Source: a virus
Lineage: Duplodnaviria > Caudoviricetes
Direction: 5' to 3' (one strand)
IMG/VR virus record: IMGVR_UViG_3300005764_000010
Span: 1 to 35,153 of that record
DNA length: 35,153 nucleotides
Part shown: positions 1 through 10,500 of the stretch, in pieces
Position numbering within the stretch: the stretch's first letter is position 1
Layout: every line of letters begins with the position of its first letter
Position numbers and translations under genes: made by a program
Notes under the pieces: generated by a model
Databases searched by the model: none
What the model was told of the DNA's origin: nothing
Seen by the model: only the letters and a program-made list of their open reading frames with translations

Positions 1-40
1 GTCCCTCGGGGAAGCGCGTGGCGAGTTCGAGCGGTTGATT
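1..40. repeat. Terminal direct repeat (identical to 35114-35153); circular assembly overlap
   Basis: GTCCCTCGGGGAAGCGCGTGGCGAGTTCGAGCGGTTGATT occurs at both ends; a minus-strand ORF reads in frame across the join. Confidence 0.97.
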
Positions 41-91
41 GTACTCGAACCGCACGATATCGTCTTTTGGTTGCGTGCTGACAGTTGCCAC
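1..91 (-). CDS. 5' part of origin-spanning hypothetical protein (MATVSTQPKDDIVRFEYNQPLELATRFPEG...; continues at 35113..34611, ~197 aa total)
   Basis: GTG at 91-89 overlaps the TAG of the upstream ORF; in frame with the 34611..35108 ORF after circularisation. Confidence 0.85.
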   Translation of the reverse strand, partial: MATVSTQPKDDIVRFEYNQPLELATRFPEG

Positions 92-381
92 TAGAGAACC
101 CTCCGAATTGATTCCGCCTTGTTGCGGAGATTGTTGAAGTGTGAACATGCCGAGCACCACTTGCGGCCGTCGCAGCCGGCCGAGCAGTGCCCGTGCGCCT
201 CGCGAAACGCCTTTTCGGCGAAGTACCACGCGGCATCCAGTAAGGTCTTTACTTCGGGCGCGAGCGTATCGCAATCGCGCGCGTCCGAAGCGAGTTGATC
301 GATGTTCGCGCCCAACTCGTCAAGCGCTTTCAATTCGGCGCGCATCTCTTGCTCGCCGGCGTCTGTTACTGCGTAACTCAT
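91..381 (-). CDS. Hypothetical protein, 96 aa, with C-terminal Cys/His cluster (HGHCSAGC...WCSACSH)
   Basis: ATG at 381 coupled (TAATG) to the upstream stop; the longer 627 start is probably spurious. Confidence 0.75.
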   Translation of the reverse strand: MSYAVTDAGEQEMRAELKALDELGANIDQLASDARDCDTLAPEVKTLLDAAWYFAEKAFREAHGHCSAGCDGRKWCSACSHFNNLRNKAESIRRVL

Positions 382-665
382 TACGCAATCTCCAATCCGT
401 AAACTTCCGCGCGCTCGGCCGCGGCACCGCGCCGGATGCACGCCAGGCAAAGCCAAAAATCGCCGTTGTTCACGGCCGTCTGCTCGCAAACGTGCGCGTC
501 GCACGCCTCGCAAACGCGCGCGTGTTCTTCCTGGCACCCCAGGCACACCGGCCGGCCGCATTTGCACTCGGCCGTCCGTTCGAGGCACTCGGCGCCCGCG
601 AACGCGGCGTATACTTCGGCGCCGCAATCGCAGGTTCCAAGGTGATTAGTCCAACGGCGATCCAT
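381..665 (-). CDS. Cys-rich putative zinc-binding protein, 94 aa
   Basis: Many CxC/CxxC pairs; TAATG coupling at both ends. Confidence 0.75.
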   Translation of the reverse strand: MDRRWTNHLGTCDCGAEVYAAFAGAECLERTAECKCGRPVCLGCQEEHARVCEACDAHVCEQTAVNNGDFWLCLACIRRGAAAERAEVYGLEIA

Positions 666-790
666 TAGCGGCGCCCCTCGCGGAGTTGCTTTTGCAACTC
701 GTTCCAGCGCGCGATTTGCTCATCCGCGCTCGGCAAACCGAGCTGTTTGCGCTCGGCTTCGGTCAAGTACATCTTGCGGTTTGTTTCCAT
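665..790 (-). CDS. 41-aa first gene of the early operon (METNRKMYLTEAERKQLGLPSADEQIARWNELQKQLREGRR), probably leaderless
   Basis: Hand-translated, not in the ORF track; TAA overlaps the next ATG; -10 TAATAT lies 6 nt upstream. Confidence 0.7.
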   Translation of the reverse strand: METNRKMYLTEAERKQLGLPSADEQIARWNELQKQLREGRR

Positions 791-796
791 GTCTTC

Positions 797-838
797 ATAT
801 TAGCTTGTCTTGCCATAGCAAGTCAAGCCTGATAGAAT
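797..838. promoter_or_regulatory. Overlapping divergent sigma70-type promoters sharing a palindromic operator
   Basis: Minus: TTGACT(826-821)-18-TAATAT(802-797). Plus: TTGCCA(810-815)-17-TAGAAT(833-838). Inverted repeat GCTTGTCTTGC-CATA-GCAAGTCAAGC at 803-828 with 1 mismatch. Confidence 0.75.
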
Positions 839-890
839 AAAAAAAGCGGACGGCATGTTAAGCTGAACGCAAATGAAAAGAGGATTAAAA

Positions 891-1103
891 ATGCAAGACC
901 ATCTGGAGTCAATCGCCGCGGCCGGCGGTAAGGCGCGAGCGGAAAAGCTATCGCCCAAACGGCGCGCGGCGATCAGTAAAAAAGGCGGAAAAGTGGGCGG
1001 AAAGGCGCGCGCCGCCGCGTTGACGCCGGAACAGCGTAGCGCGATCGCACGCAAAGCAGCCGCGGCGAGCGCCGCGGCCCGGCGGAAGGATAGAGAGCAA
1101 TGA
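891..1103 (+). CDS. Small basic protein made of two GGKARAxxLxPxxRxxIxxK repeats (putative nucleic-acid binding)
   Basis: RBS AAGAGGA before ATG 891; repeat motif visible in the translation. Confidence 0.8.
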   Translation: MQDHLESIAAAGGKARAEKLSPKRRAAISKKGGKVGGKARAAALTPEQRSAIARKAAAASAAARRKDREQ

Positions 1104-1666
1104 CGCCGTCGCCGAACGGATTTGTCTATTTCATGGAAACCGAAGATTCGCAATACGTGAAAATCGGCTTTTCCCGCAAGGTTATTCGGCGATTGGGCGA
1201 ATTGGGCACATTGATGCCAATACGCTTGATCGGATACTTTCCGGCGTGCCGGCAAACTGAGCGAACACTACACCGAAAATTTGCGGCCGATCATAAGGTC
1301 GGCGAATGGTTCAAGAGTACCGAGCAATTGCGCGAATCAATCGCAATGCTCGAATTGATAAAGGCGCCCGAGCCAAAGCCCGAGCCGGAATATGTTGGAA
1401 AATCCGTCAAACCAAATTTGTGCGACGTCACGCTGACGGCCGATGAGCGGTCGGCGATCGCGGCCGCGCTCGGCCGGCTCGGCGGTCTGAAAGGCGGAAA
1501 GGCGCGCGCGGAAAACTTGACGCCCGAGCAGTTATCGAAGATTGGAAAAAAGGCCGGCAAGGTCGGCGGAAAGGCGCGCGCGGCCGCGCTTACGCCCGAA
1601 GAACGGCGCGCGATCGGCCGGCGCGCGGCCGCGGCCAGATGGAAGGATAAGCAGGATGGACTTTGA
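1100..1666 (+). CDS. T5orf172/MUG113-type GIY-YIG domain fused to GGKARA repeats
   Basis: VYFM...YVKIGFS...RRL...ERTLHRKF...GEWF motif; C-terminal GGKARA...AAAARW repeats; ATGA coupling. Confidence 0.85.
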   Translation: MTPSPNGFVYFMETEDSQYVKIGFSRKVIRRLGELGTLMPIRLIGYFPACRQTERTLHRKFAADHKVGEWFKSTEQLRESIAMLELIKAPEPKPEPEYVGKSVKPNLCDVTLTADERSAIAAALGRLGGLKGGKARAENLTPEQLSKIGKKAGKVGGKARAAALTPEERRAIGRRAAAARWKDKQDGL

Positions 1667-1714
1667 TTTCAGGATTCAACTGCTGAGCACGATTTGGCGC
1701 ACGCGCGCAAACGC

Positions 1715-1765
1715 AAAAAGGCCGAGCGCCCGCGGTTTCGCCGCGCGCTCGGCCTTTGTGCTTTT
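1715..1765. terminator. Bidirectional intrinsic terminator between convergent operons
   Basis: AAAGGCCGAGCGC...GCGCTCGGCCTTT stem with an A-run on the left and a T-rich tract on the right. Confidence 0.8.
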
Positions 1766-1795
1766 GTGCGGTAATCGCGGCCGGCCGGCCGCGCC

Positions 1796-2089
1796 TCAGA
1801 TCAGCTTGTTAATTGCCGTTTCAACCGCGGTCTGGAGCTGTGCGTCCGTTACCGCGGCGCCCGATTGCTTGACGGCATCTTCCATACAGGTCGGCGGTTG
1901 CACCTGATACGCAGCCTGGTCGGGATTCTGGTATGTCGCTTGCGCCCACTTCACGCGCGTATTGTGCGCCGGCGTCGCCGCACCCTCGGACAGGATGTAA
2001 TTCGCGAACGAAAGACACGAGACCTTGATCCGCGACCGGAAGGCGGCGTCCTGCATGAGCGCACCGAGTTCCTCATAAGTTAGAGCCAT
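1796..2089 (-). CDS. Hypothetical protein after the tail fiber (possible fiber assembly factor)
   Basis: RBS GGAGG; last gene of the late operon; function inferred from position only. Confidence 0.7.
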   Translation of the reverse strand: MALTYEELGALMQDAAFRSRIKVSCLSFANYILSEGAATPAHNTRVKWAQATYQNPDQAAYQVQPPTCMEDAVKQSGAAVTDAQLQTAVETAINKLI

Positions 2090-2113
2090 TGTTCGAATTC
2101 CTCCAAATGGGGT

Positions 2114-4687
2114 TTAAGTGAGATTTATCCAGCCCGTTTTCAGAGTGCCGTTTGAGTACCGCACCTGAAACTGCAATTGGTTGCCCGCCTCATACACGGC
2201 AAAACTCATCATTCCGTTCTGAAGGTTTGACGGCGCGAAAGCGGTCGGGCAGGAAATATAGACGTATCCTTCCTGCGCCACCACGATCCGCGGGTTCGGG
2301 TTGCCGCTCGTGCCCGTTCGCAACCACACGTAGCCGTTGACATCGCATCCCCAGCCCGCCCAATTGTTCGCCGAACCGAGATAGTACAGTTGATTGGCGT
2401 CGGTATAGTTGGGATTGATGCAACTACCCGCGCTCGTGCCGAGAATCGTGCCTTTTGCGTTGACGTGCAGGATACCTTGCGGATTAGTCGTGTTGATGCC
2501 GACATTACCAGCCGGTTGAAGACATAAAGGGCGCGACGTGCCCGTGGAACGGTCCCAACCCTGAACGATTGCAGCATTGGAGGTATATAGCAACTCCAAT
2601 CCCGCGCCGGATGTAGGCACGGCTTGCAAGCCCGTGGAGCGGATCATGCCGCCCACGTCCAGCGTGGTTGTGGGCGCCGCGGTCATGATGCCCCAGCATT
2701 TCGATGCGCCGAGAATGATGCCGACCTGCCCGACGTTGCCGTCCCAAAATTCAATGTTGCCGGTATAGCCGGATTCGCGCTGTAGCGCGAGCGTGCCCGC
2801 CGCCGCGTTGCCGGTTACGTTCAAGCGAGCGAGCCCCGAATAGTGCGAAAGGATCGCGCGCCCGACATTATCGGTAGAGCAAAAGATGGCGCCGCCCGCC
2901 GAGTAGAGCCACCCAGCGGCATAGACCGCACCATTGACACCGAGCCTATAACCGATGTCGCTAAGAATCCCAATGTTCACATTGCCGCCGTTCGGGTTTA
3001 TCAGTAACGGACCATTCGCGAACGCCTGTATCGCCGCCAGATTGCCCGCGCCAGCGATCCCGAGCGCGAGCCCGGGCGCCGCGCCCGTGCCGATACCCTG
3101 CGGATCGACAAACACAGACCAACCCGAGCCGTTTTTGGTTGCCACGTGCAGAGGCGCCGCGGGCGCCGCGAGCCCGACCCCGATACCGCCGGTATTGAGC
3201 AGCTGGTATGTCGCCGCGTTGACATCCTGCGTCCACGGCGTTTGCGATCCGCCAGGCGCCGCCCACTTGACCCCGCCGGCCGATGCGGCATCCGCGGTCA
3301 ATACCTGCCCGTCCAGCCCGACCGCGAGGCGCGAAAGCGCCGAAGCCGAGCGGACCAGCAAATCTCCCTTTGTCGTCGTTGCATCGGGCGCCGCGCCCGT
3401 GATCTGAGAAACGGTGTAGTCGCCGGCTTGCGCCACCACCACGCCGGCGCGCCCGAATACCGATGTAACGCCCGTGGTGAGCGTAGACCACTTGACGCCT
3501 TGCGCTACGCCCGAATCCGCGGTCAATACCTGCCCGTTCGTGCCGACACCGATGCGCCCGATCGCGCTCGAATCGCGGACCAGCAAATCGCCTTTCGTGG
3601 TGGTCGGATCGGTCAATCCGCCGGCCGATGCCGGCGCCCACTTGACCCCGAGCGGCATAGTCGAATCCGCCATCAGGACCAGACCGTTTGCTCCCACCGC
3701 CAGGCGATCGGGTTGCCCCGGCCCGCGCACGATGAGATCACCTAGCGTGGTGGTCGGATCCGCCATGCCCGATCCGCCCGTGAACGTCTTCCAGAACATC
3801 CCGAGCGGCTGTGACGCGTCCGAACAGAGTACCTGACCGTTTGCCCCGGACGGTAGCCGATTGAGGCTGATAGAGTCCCTGACGAGCAGATCGCCCTTTT
3901 GCAAGGTTTTGTCCGGCGCCGCGCCTGATACCTGATCGACCGTATAATCGCCCGGCGCCGCGGCCACCGCGCCCGTCCGGCCGAATACCGATGCTACGGC
4001 GCCGCCACCGCTCGCCACCGCGGCCCATGTGCCATCGCCGCGGAGATAGACGGTAGCATCCGCCACGCCCAAACCCAAACGCGCGGTATTGAATCGGCCG
4101 CTTACCACGTCGGCCGCGTCGTGCGTGTGAACGGCCGGCGGAAACGTCGCCGGCGCGCCCGCCACTTTCGCCCAACCGATCGAGGTCAACCACGCCGGAT
4201 CGGCATAGCTCCCGAGAGTGGATACCGCGTTCGTGATTTGCGCGGCCGTGTAGTCGCCGGCTTGCGCCGCCACCGTGCCCGTCCGGCCGAAAACGGATGC
4301 CACCGCGCCGATCGGCGTCGCCCACTTCACTTTGAGCGGTTGCGCCGGATCGGCCGTCAATACCTGCCCGGCCGTCGCCGAAACCGCTAGGCGCGCCGGC
4401 CCGGTTCCATCGCGCACGATCAAATCGCCGGCCGCGGTCATGGGATCGTGCATGACGCCGGTTGCGTTGACCAGGTTCACGTTCGCGAGTGTGTGCGTTT
4501 GCGCGTCCACGTCGCCCGGCCAGGCGTACACACTATCGCGGATATCGTTCAGGTGTTGGGCGAAAATGATCTGATTCGGCGCCACGTCGGCCGGCCAGCC
4601 CGGCGGAACCGCGAGCGGCGCGCGCAAGCGAAACACGTCCGGCGCCGGCGGTGAAGCGTCCGGAGTCGGCAGGATTTCATCGGGCAT
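2114..4687 (-). CDS. Tail fiber / receptor-binding protein with modular repeats
   Basis: 3x VxSVFGRxGxVxAxxGDYT, 5x GDL(L/I)VR...GxVLxxD...W, C-terminal GNVxI-type repeats; distal position in the tail module. Confidence 0.85.
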   Translation of the reverse strand: MPDEILPTPDASPPAPDVFRLRAPLAVPPGWPADVAPNQIIFAQHLNDIRDSVYAWPGDVDAQTHTLANVNLVNATGVMHDPMTAAGDLIVRDGTGPARLAVSATAGQVLTADPAQPLKVKWATPIGAVASVFGRTGTVAAQAGDYTAAQITNAVSTLGSYADPAWLTSIGWAKVAGAPATFPPAVHTHDAADVVSGRFNTARLGLGVADATVYLRGDGTWAAVASGGGAVASVFGRTGAVAAAPGDYTVDQVSGAAPDKTLQKGDLLVRDSISLNRLPSGANGQVLCSDASQPLGMFWKTFTGGSGMADPTTTLGDLIVRGPGQPDRLAVGANGLVLMADSTMPLGVKWAPASAGGLTDPTTTKGDLLVRDSSAIGRIGVGTNGQVLTADSGVAQGVKWSTLTTGVTSVFGRAGVVVAQAGDYTVSQITGAAPDATTTKGDLLVRSASALSRLAVGLDGQVLTADAASAGGVKWAAPGGSQTPWTQDVNAATYQLLNTGGIGVGLAAPAAPLHVATKNGSGWSVFVDPQGIGTGAAPGLALGIAGAGNLAAIQAFANGPLLINPNGGNVNIGILSDIGYRLGVNGAVYAAGWLYSAGGAIFCSTDNVGRAILSHYSGLARLNVTGNAAAGTLALQRESGYTGNIEFWDGNVGQVGIILGASKCWGIMTAAPTTTLDVGGMIRSTGLQAVPTSGAGLELLYTSNAAIVQGWDRSTGTSRPLCLQPAGNVGINTTNPQGILHVNAKGTILGTSAGSCINPNYTDANQLYYLGSANNWAGWGCDVNGYVWLRTGTSGNPNPRIVVAQEGYVYISCPTAFAPSNLQNGMMSFAVYEAGNQLQFQVRYSNGTLKTGWINLT

Positions 4688-5012
4688 GAGCGGCTCCGTT
4701 GACCGGCCGCGGCCCCTCGGCCGGCGCGGCGATCGCGGCCGCGGCCGCGGCCGGCGGGTCGGCCACTTCCCCGACCAGCGCGGCCCCGTCCGGCGATAGC
4801 TGGTAGGGCGCGAGCGGCACGGGCAAGCCCTCGGTTTGCTGCACTACGGCCAATTGTTCCGACAGCGCCAGGCGCAACGTTGCCATCGCCAGCTCCGATT
4901 CTTTCGCGCGCCCGAGCGCGATCAACCGTTGATCCTCGGCCGCGCGCAATTGCTCCAAAATGCGATTGACGGCGCCGGCCATTGCCGGCGAAAGCTTATG
5001 CTCGATTTTCAT
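4677..5012 (-). CDS. Hypothetical helical/coiled-coil tail-associated protein
   Basis: ATG 5012 (MKIEHKL) after RBS AAGGGG; lies between tail tip and fiber genes. Confidence 0.7.
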   Translation of the reverse strand: MKIEHKLSPAMAGAVNRILEQLRAAEDQRLIALGRAKESELAMATLRLALSEQLAVVQQTEGLPVPLAPYQLSPDGAALVGEVADPPAAAAAAIAAPAEGPRPVNGAAHAR

Positions 5013-5023
5013 GGATTGCCCCT

Positions 5024-7573
5024 TTAGACGTAGCCCGTAATGATGCCGCCCTTTACCGTGAGCCCGCGGCCGGCCGGTACCGAGCCGGTAAACCCGGCCG
5101 ATCCGCCGGCCGTGAACCCGCTGGTAACGACACATTGATACCCGTAGAATCCGCCGCCGATCGTGACATTGCCCGAGCCGAGCGAGATATCGCCCGATGG
5201 CATATTCACCCCCGGCCCGGTAAACTGCCCCGAGCTGTTAATCACGCTATTGGCGGAAACCTTGAACCCGCCATCGGCGCGTATCGTGGAATCGATCGCG
5301 TTCAAGTGAATCACGAAGGCGCCGTTGTTATAGAGGGTCAACTCGGTTGCATTCAGGTTAGTCGGCGACCGCACAAAGGCGCCGATGGTCTGCGAGTTGC
5401 TCGAATTGCGAATCACGAGCCCGCGCGAGATGAGCTGCACCGCGGAATCGTTCGGCTTTTCCACCGCTAGCATGATCGTGCCGTACGATGAGTCGAACGT
5501 GGTCGGCCCCGTCCGGATCTTCGATCCATCGCTCGCGGTAATCGTCAGGTTCGCTTGCCGCAAAAACAGCGAGCCGGCCGTGTCGGTATAGATCGGCGCG
5601 TCATTGTATCCGCTTCCGCCGAATGCGGCTTGTATCGCCCAAATGCCGTAATAGGCGCCCGCGGTCAAGCCGGCGCCGCCCAAATCACCCAATAACGCCA
5701 CCAGCTTTTGCGCGTTGTAGACACCCACGCGGCCCGGCTTATCGCCGCCGTACCCGACCGCAATTTCGATCGCAGACAGTTTGGATACGTCGATACTGTG
5801 CGCCGTGATCTTGTTGCCGTTCAGGTTCGCGATATCCGCATCTTGAATCGCGGCCGTGTCGAACACGGCGTCGCCGGCGCGAATCGCGCGGGTTGCGATC
5901 GTGCCGGCCGTCACCGCGCCCGCGGCCAGGTTCCCGGCGCGCACCGCGGCCGCGGCGATCGTGCCCGCGGTCACCGCATCGGCCGCGATCTTGCCGGCTT
6001 CCACCGCGAGCGCCGCGATTTTGCCGGCGGTCACCGAATTCGCGGCGAGCGCGACCGCGGTTACCGAATTCGCCTGTAGAGCTTGCGCGTAAATCGCGTT
6101 CGCCGCCACCGCGTTTGCGGTCACCGAGCCCGCGGCGAGCTGCGGCCCCGTAATCGCGCCGGCCGGTATTTTCGCCGTGATGACGGCGCCATCGGCGAGC
6201 ACCGTACTCGTCACCGAACCCGGCGCGAGCTGCGTGGTCTGTATCTGCCCCTGAATCGCTTCCACGTCCACATACGCCGTCCAGGTATTGCCCGTGCGCC
6301 GATATAACTGCGGCCCGCGCGGCGCCGATTTCCAGAACACCACGGCCGTATCGGAGTATTGCGGGTCGGGAAGCGCCGGCAGGGCGTTTACCACTTGAAT
6401 GAGTTCGAGCCCGTCCGCGAGGTCGGCCCCGTCGATCGAGCCCGGCGCCACCGTTGCCGGCGGTGATTTGGTTCGCTCGATCGGCCGGCGTTGCATCCGC
6501 CGCAACGCGTAAATCGCATCGGCCGGCCGGTAGCCGAGCGTCGCCGAGTATTTCAGCTTGTGACCAGGCCCGCCGGCGCGCGCCGGATCGGGCGCGATAA
6601 TCTCGATCGATAGTTTCCGCAAAATCAGATCGGCGAACAATCCGTACTTGAGCGCCTGCAAACTAACCGTCATGCCGCGCGCCAGGCCCGGCGTAAAGAC
6701 CGTCGCGGTAACGGTCGGTTTCGGTATCGAGCGCGTTGCCACCTCGGACTGTGCCCATAGGTCAAGCGTGGTCTGATCGCTGATATTGCGGTCGACCAGG
6801 GTTACCGAGAGTATGCCGTACTTCAATTCGCTCGCTGAATTTTCAGCGATCGAGCGCAACTCCACGCCGTCATCGGTCAAGGCGCCGAGCGCCAGTATGC
6901 GGTTTGCGGCATCGGAGAAATCGTTGTCGAAGCCATCGAGCGAATACCCGACACTCGCGGAACCGTCCGGCTCATCCGACAGCGCGAACGGCGCCACGAT
7001 CGAGCCCGAGCGGTAGTAATTGAGCTTGCCATCGTATGAGACGTTCCACTCGCCGCCGGTCAAATCGCAGACGTTATCGAACAAATCGCGGATGCGCTGG
7101 TCTTTCGCTTCCAGCTCGCCAATGTTCGTAACCTGCGGCACGATCGTGCCGGCTTTGAGCAAGGGTACTTGCGCGAGCGCGTCCGAAAATACGGTCGAAT
7201 CAACCGTGCCGTCCGGCCAGGTTTGCGTGATGAGCGCGCGCTCGAACAGGATCCCCCAATCGGAAGCCGATACCTCGATGCGGACGTGCGGCCCTTCGAT
7301 TTGCCGGTCAATTTTGAGCACGTACCCGCCGAACAGCAATTGCGAGGTATCGGCATCTTGAACGATCACTTCCTGCCACTCTTGAATTTGCCACTCGTAC
7401 ATGAAAGAGGCTTGCGAATAGAGCGCGTGATCGTAGCGCGCCTCGCCGTACTTTTGTAGCAGCGAAATCTTGCAGGTCGATATGGCCTCGGTTGAATCCT
7501 GATCCACCGCAAAGCCGTCGATGAGCGCGAAACTGCTCGAATCGTGCCCGCCGAAGTAGGCGCGGATCTTCAC
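5024..7573 (-). CDS. Tail tip / baseplate hub plus central fiber protein
   Basis: Directly after the tape measure gene (GTGA coupling); hub-like N half, then ~10-residue AGSVTAGKIA-type repeats and a Gly-rich beta tip. Confidence 0.75.
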   Translation of the reverse strand: MKIRAYFGGHDSSSFALIDGFAVDQDSTEAISTCKISLLQKYGEARYDHALYSQASFMYEWQIQEWQEVIVQDADTSQLLFGGYVLKIDRQIEGPHVRIEVSASDWGILFERALITQTWPDGTVDSTVFSDALAQVPLLKAGTIVPQVTNIGELEAKDQRIRDLFDNVCDLTGGEWNVSYDGKLNYYRSGSIVAPFALSDEPDGSASVGYSLDGFDNDFSDAANRILALGALTDDGVELRSIAENSASELKYGILSVTLVDRNISDQTTLDLWAQSEVATRSIPKPTVTATVFTPGLARGMTVSLQALKYGLFADLILRKLSIEIIAPDPARAGGPGHKLKYSATLGYRPADAIYALRRMQRRPIERTKSPPATVAPGSIDGADLADGLELIQVVNALPALPDPQYSDTAVVFWKSAPRGPQLYRRTGNTWTAYVDVEAIQGQIQTTQLAPGSVTSTVLADGAVITAKIPAGAITGPQLAAGSVTANAVAANAIYAQALQANSVTAVALAANSVTAGKIAALAVEAGKIAADAVTAGTIAAAAVRAGNLAAGAVTAGTIATRAIRAGDAVFDTAAIQDADIANLNGNKITAHSIDVSKLSAIEIAVGYGGDKPGRVGVYNAQKLVALLGDLGGAGLTAGAYYGIWAIQAAFGGSGYNDAPIYTDTAGSLFLRQANLTITASDGSKIRTGPTTFDSSYGTIMLAVEKPNDSAVQLISRGLVIRNSSNSQTIGAFVRSPTNLNATELTLYNNGAFVIHLNAIDSTIRADGGFKVSANSVINSSGQFTGPGVNMPSGDISLGSGNVTIGGGFYGYQCVVTSGFTAGGSAGFTGSVPAGRGLTVKGGIITGYV

Positions 7574-10500
7574 GCGAAGGCCCCTTGCGCCCGAAGCGCG
7601 GCGCCGATCGCGTCCGCGGTTGCCGCCGGCGATTGCGCGCCCGATACGTAGATATTCACGGCCGGCTTTTGCCCGGCGAGCAAATCGCGGATATCGGCGA
7701 GCAAGCGCGTGTTATCACGCGCGATCGCACCATTTTGCAGAGTGTTATTGCTGATTTCATCGAATCGCGTTTGCGCCGCGGACGCCTTCAACCCCATGTC
7801 ATGAAAATCATTGTGCAGAGGCGAAAGCCAATCGATCAACTTCAGATTGAGCCCGTCTAATTGGCCTTGCACCCATTGCGTGTTTTCCTGAATCTTAAAC
7901 AACACGCCGAGTATGCCGCCGTCCGCGCGTTCGCCGACGTACATCATCGTGTACCGAGTATTGTGCTCGATCGCGTTTAAACTCGTCTCCTGATGCGCGG
8001 CTTGAAACACCCCGATCACGCCCGTTACCGCAGAGACCACGCCCGAGACCATGCCGACCAGGCTAGTAACGCCCGCGCTCAGGATGCCGCCGGCTGCGCT
8101 CGCGGCGCCGCCGCCGGCTTGCGCCGCGCCACCGGCCGCATCCGCCGCGCCGCCCGCCACGTCGGCCGCGGTCGATACGCCTTTGCCGAACAATTTGCCG
8201 AACGCGGTACCGATACCTTCGAGCGCGTCTTTAATCCCGCCGAAACCCTTGCCGCCGAGCAAATCGGCGATCGTGTTTTTGATGAAATCCTCTACCGCGG
8301 TTTTCATCGGGTCCACAAACAAATGCAAGGCATCTTCGCCGATATTGGTAAACAGGGTTTTCATCGTGGCGCCGAGCGATAAATCGCCTTTGGAAAGCTT
8401 GCCGATAATCTCGTCTACCGCGCCCCCGATATCGGTTTTGATCTGGTCGAAAGCCTTGTTGTTTTTTAAGGTGGTCAATCCGGTATCGACCGTGGTAACC
8501 GAGCCCGAGAAATCGCCCATGGCGGTTTTTGCGGCTTGCAATTGAGTGCTGAGTGTCTGTAATTCGCCCTCATACGATTCGCCCGAGTTATACACCGCGT
8601 CGATTTCCGCTTTGAGCGCAACCACCGCGGCCTTTTGCTTGTCATACTCGGTTGCCATCGGGTTATTCAGAACCGCCTGGTACGCGGCTTGCGCGGCCGC
8701 GGCCGTTTTCGCGCCCGTTTCCTCCGATTTGATGCCGAGCTGCTTTGCCGCTTCGGTCCCAAGGTCAACGGCCGTCTTATAGTCGCCGAGCGATGTAAGG
8801 ATTTTCGGCGTTGTGATCGTCGCCTGTTTTTCCCACGCGGCCGTTTGCAGATCCGTTAACGTGGTGAGGGTTTTGGTCGGATCTTGCGCCGCGGCGTATT
8901 GGTCCGCGGTCTGTTTGAGCGCGGGTTGCAGTTTGTTCAATTGCTGCAAAATATCGTCGTGCGCCTTTTGCAGGTCTTTATACTGCAACATCAGCAAGCC
9001 GGCTTCGGCTTTGAGTGGCTTGAAATTGTCGGCCGCGGCTTTCGCCTTTTTCCCGGTATTCTCGATCGCCGGCGCCAGCTTGCCGTGTTGCTCGGCTGCG
9101 GTTTTCGCCTGGTCACCGCTCGCCGCCACGGCTTTAGCATGATCCTCGATTTTCGGTTGCGCTTTTTTCGCGTCATCGCCCGAATCGCCGAAGATTTTGC
9201 CGAGCGCCTTGAAGATGGCATCGGCCGTATCTTTCAGCCCGCCCCAAATCGCGGCGAGCGCCTTTGCGATCGCGTCCCACGTATCGGTAAACGCCTTTTT
9301 GATCGGATCCCAAAACGGTAGCAGGTAAGCCGCGATGCCATCGAAGATACTGAGCGCGGCTTTGATGCCGTCCCATGTGCCGGAAACCGCGGTCTTGATT
9401 GCTTCCCATACCGCCGACCAGGCCGTCTTTACCGCGTCCCAAATCGCCGACACGATCGACACCTCGGCGTCCCAGTACGCCGACCATGCCGCCACCGCGG
9501 TATCCCATACGGTTTGCAAGGCGCCCGTGATTGCGGTCCATGCCGCCGACCATGCGGTCTGTACCGCGTCCCATGTAGCGCCGAACGGCCCCATAAACGC
9601 ATCCCAAACCGCGGTTGCCGCGGCGGTGATCGAATTCCACGCGGTTTCAAGCGCAGTTTGAATGGTAGTCCAGACACCCGACCATGCCGCCGAAATCGTG
9701 TCCCATGCCGTCGCGAGCGATGTTTTGATCGTGTCCCAGTTCTGATAGACCCATACGCCGAGCGCCACCAAAGCCGCCACCACGCCCGCGATTGCGAGCG
9801 CCCAACCGCCGAGCCCGAGTATGGAGGTACCGAAAAATCCGGCAAGCGAGGTCAAGCCCGGCATCAACGTGCCGATCGCCGTCATAAACGCGCCGAGCCC
9901 AAGCACTATTGGCCCGATCGCCGCGGCGAGCGCGCCGAACGTGATAACCGCATCCTGAATCGGCGCCGGCAATCCACCGAACCAACTCAGGAATTCCGTA
10001 CCCTTGTTGACCAGCGCGGTAAGGCCGGCCACTACCGCGTTGAAGGCCGGCGCGAGCGTTTGCCCGAGCTGTATTGCCGCGGTTTCTACCGAACCCTTCA
10101 ACTGCTCCATGCCGAAGCCGATACCCTGGTTGAGTTGATCGGCCATCTTTTGCGCGGCGCCCTCGGAATCCTGCATGGATTTGGTCATTTGATCGAGCGC
10201 CGGCCCGGCATTGTCTTTCAATACGCTCGCGGCCGTGGCGCCCTCGCGGCCGAAGATATTGAACATATCGGCCGTGGTTGCGCCCGATTCCTTCAGTTGA
10301 AGCATGATGTCGTTTAGCGGCATCAGCTTCCCGCTCGAATCCGTTGCATTGACCCCGAGCGCGGCGAGGGTATCGCCGGCCTTTTTGCTCGGCGCCTCTA
10401 GACTCGCGATCATGCCGCGTAAAGACGTGCCGGCCTTTGTCGCCTCGATGCCGTTATTGCTTAAGACCGCGAGCGTACCTACCGTTTCCTCTAACGACAG

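Noticed and set aside
1-40. Physical terminal repeat or att site
   Set aside because: It falls mid-gene and is best explained as assembler overlap on a circular contig
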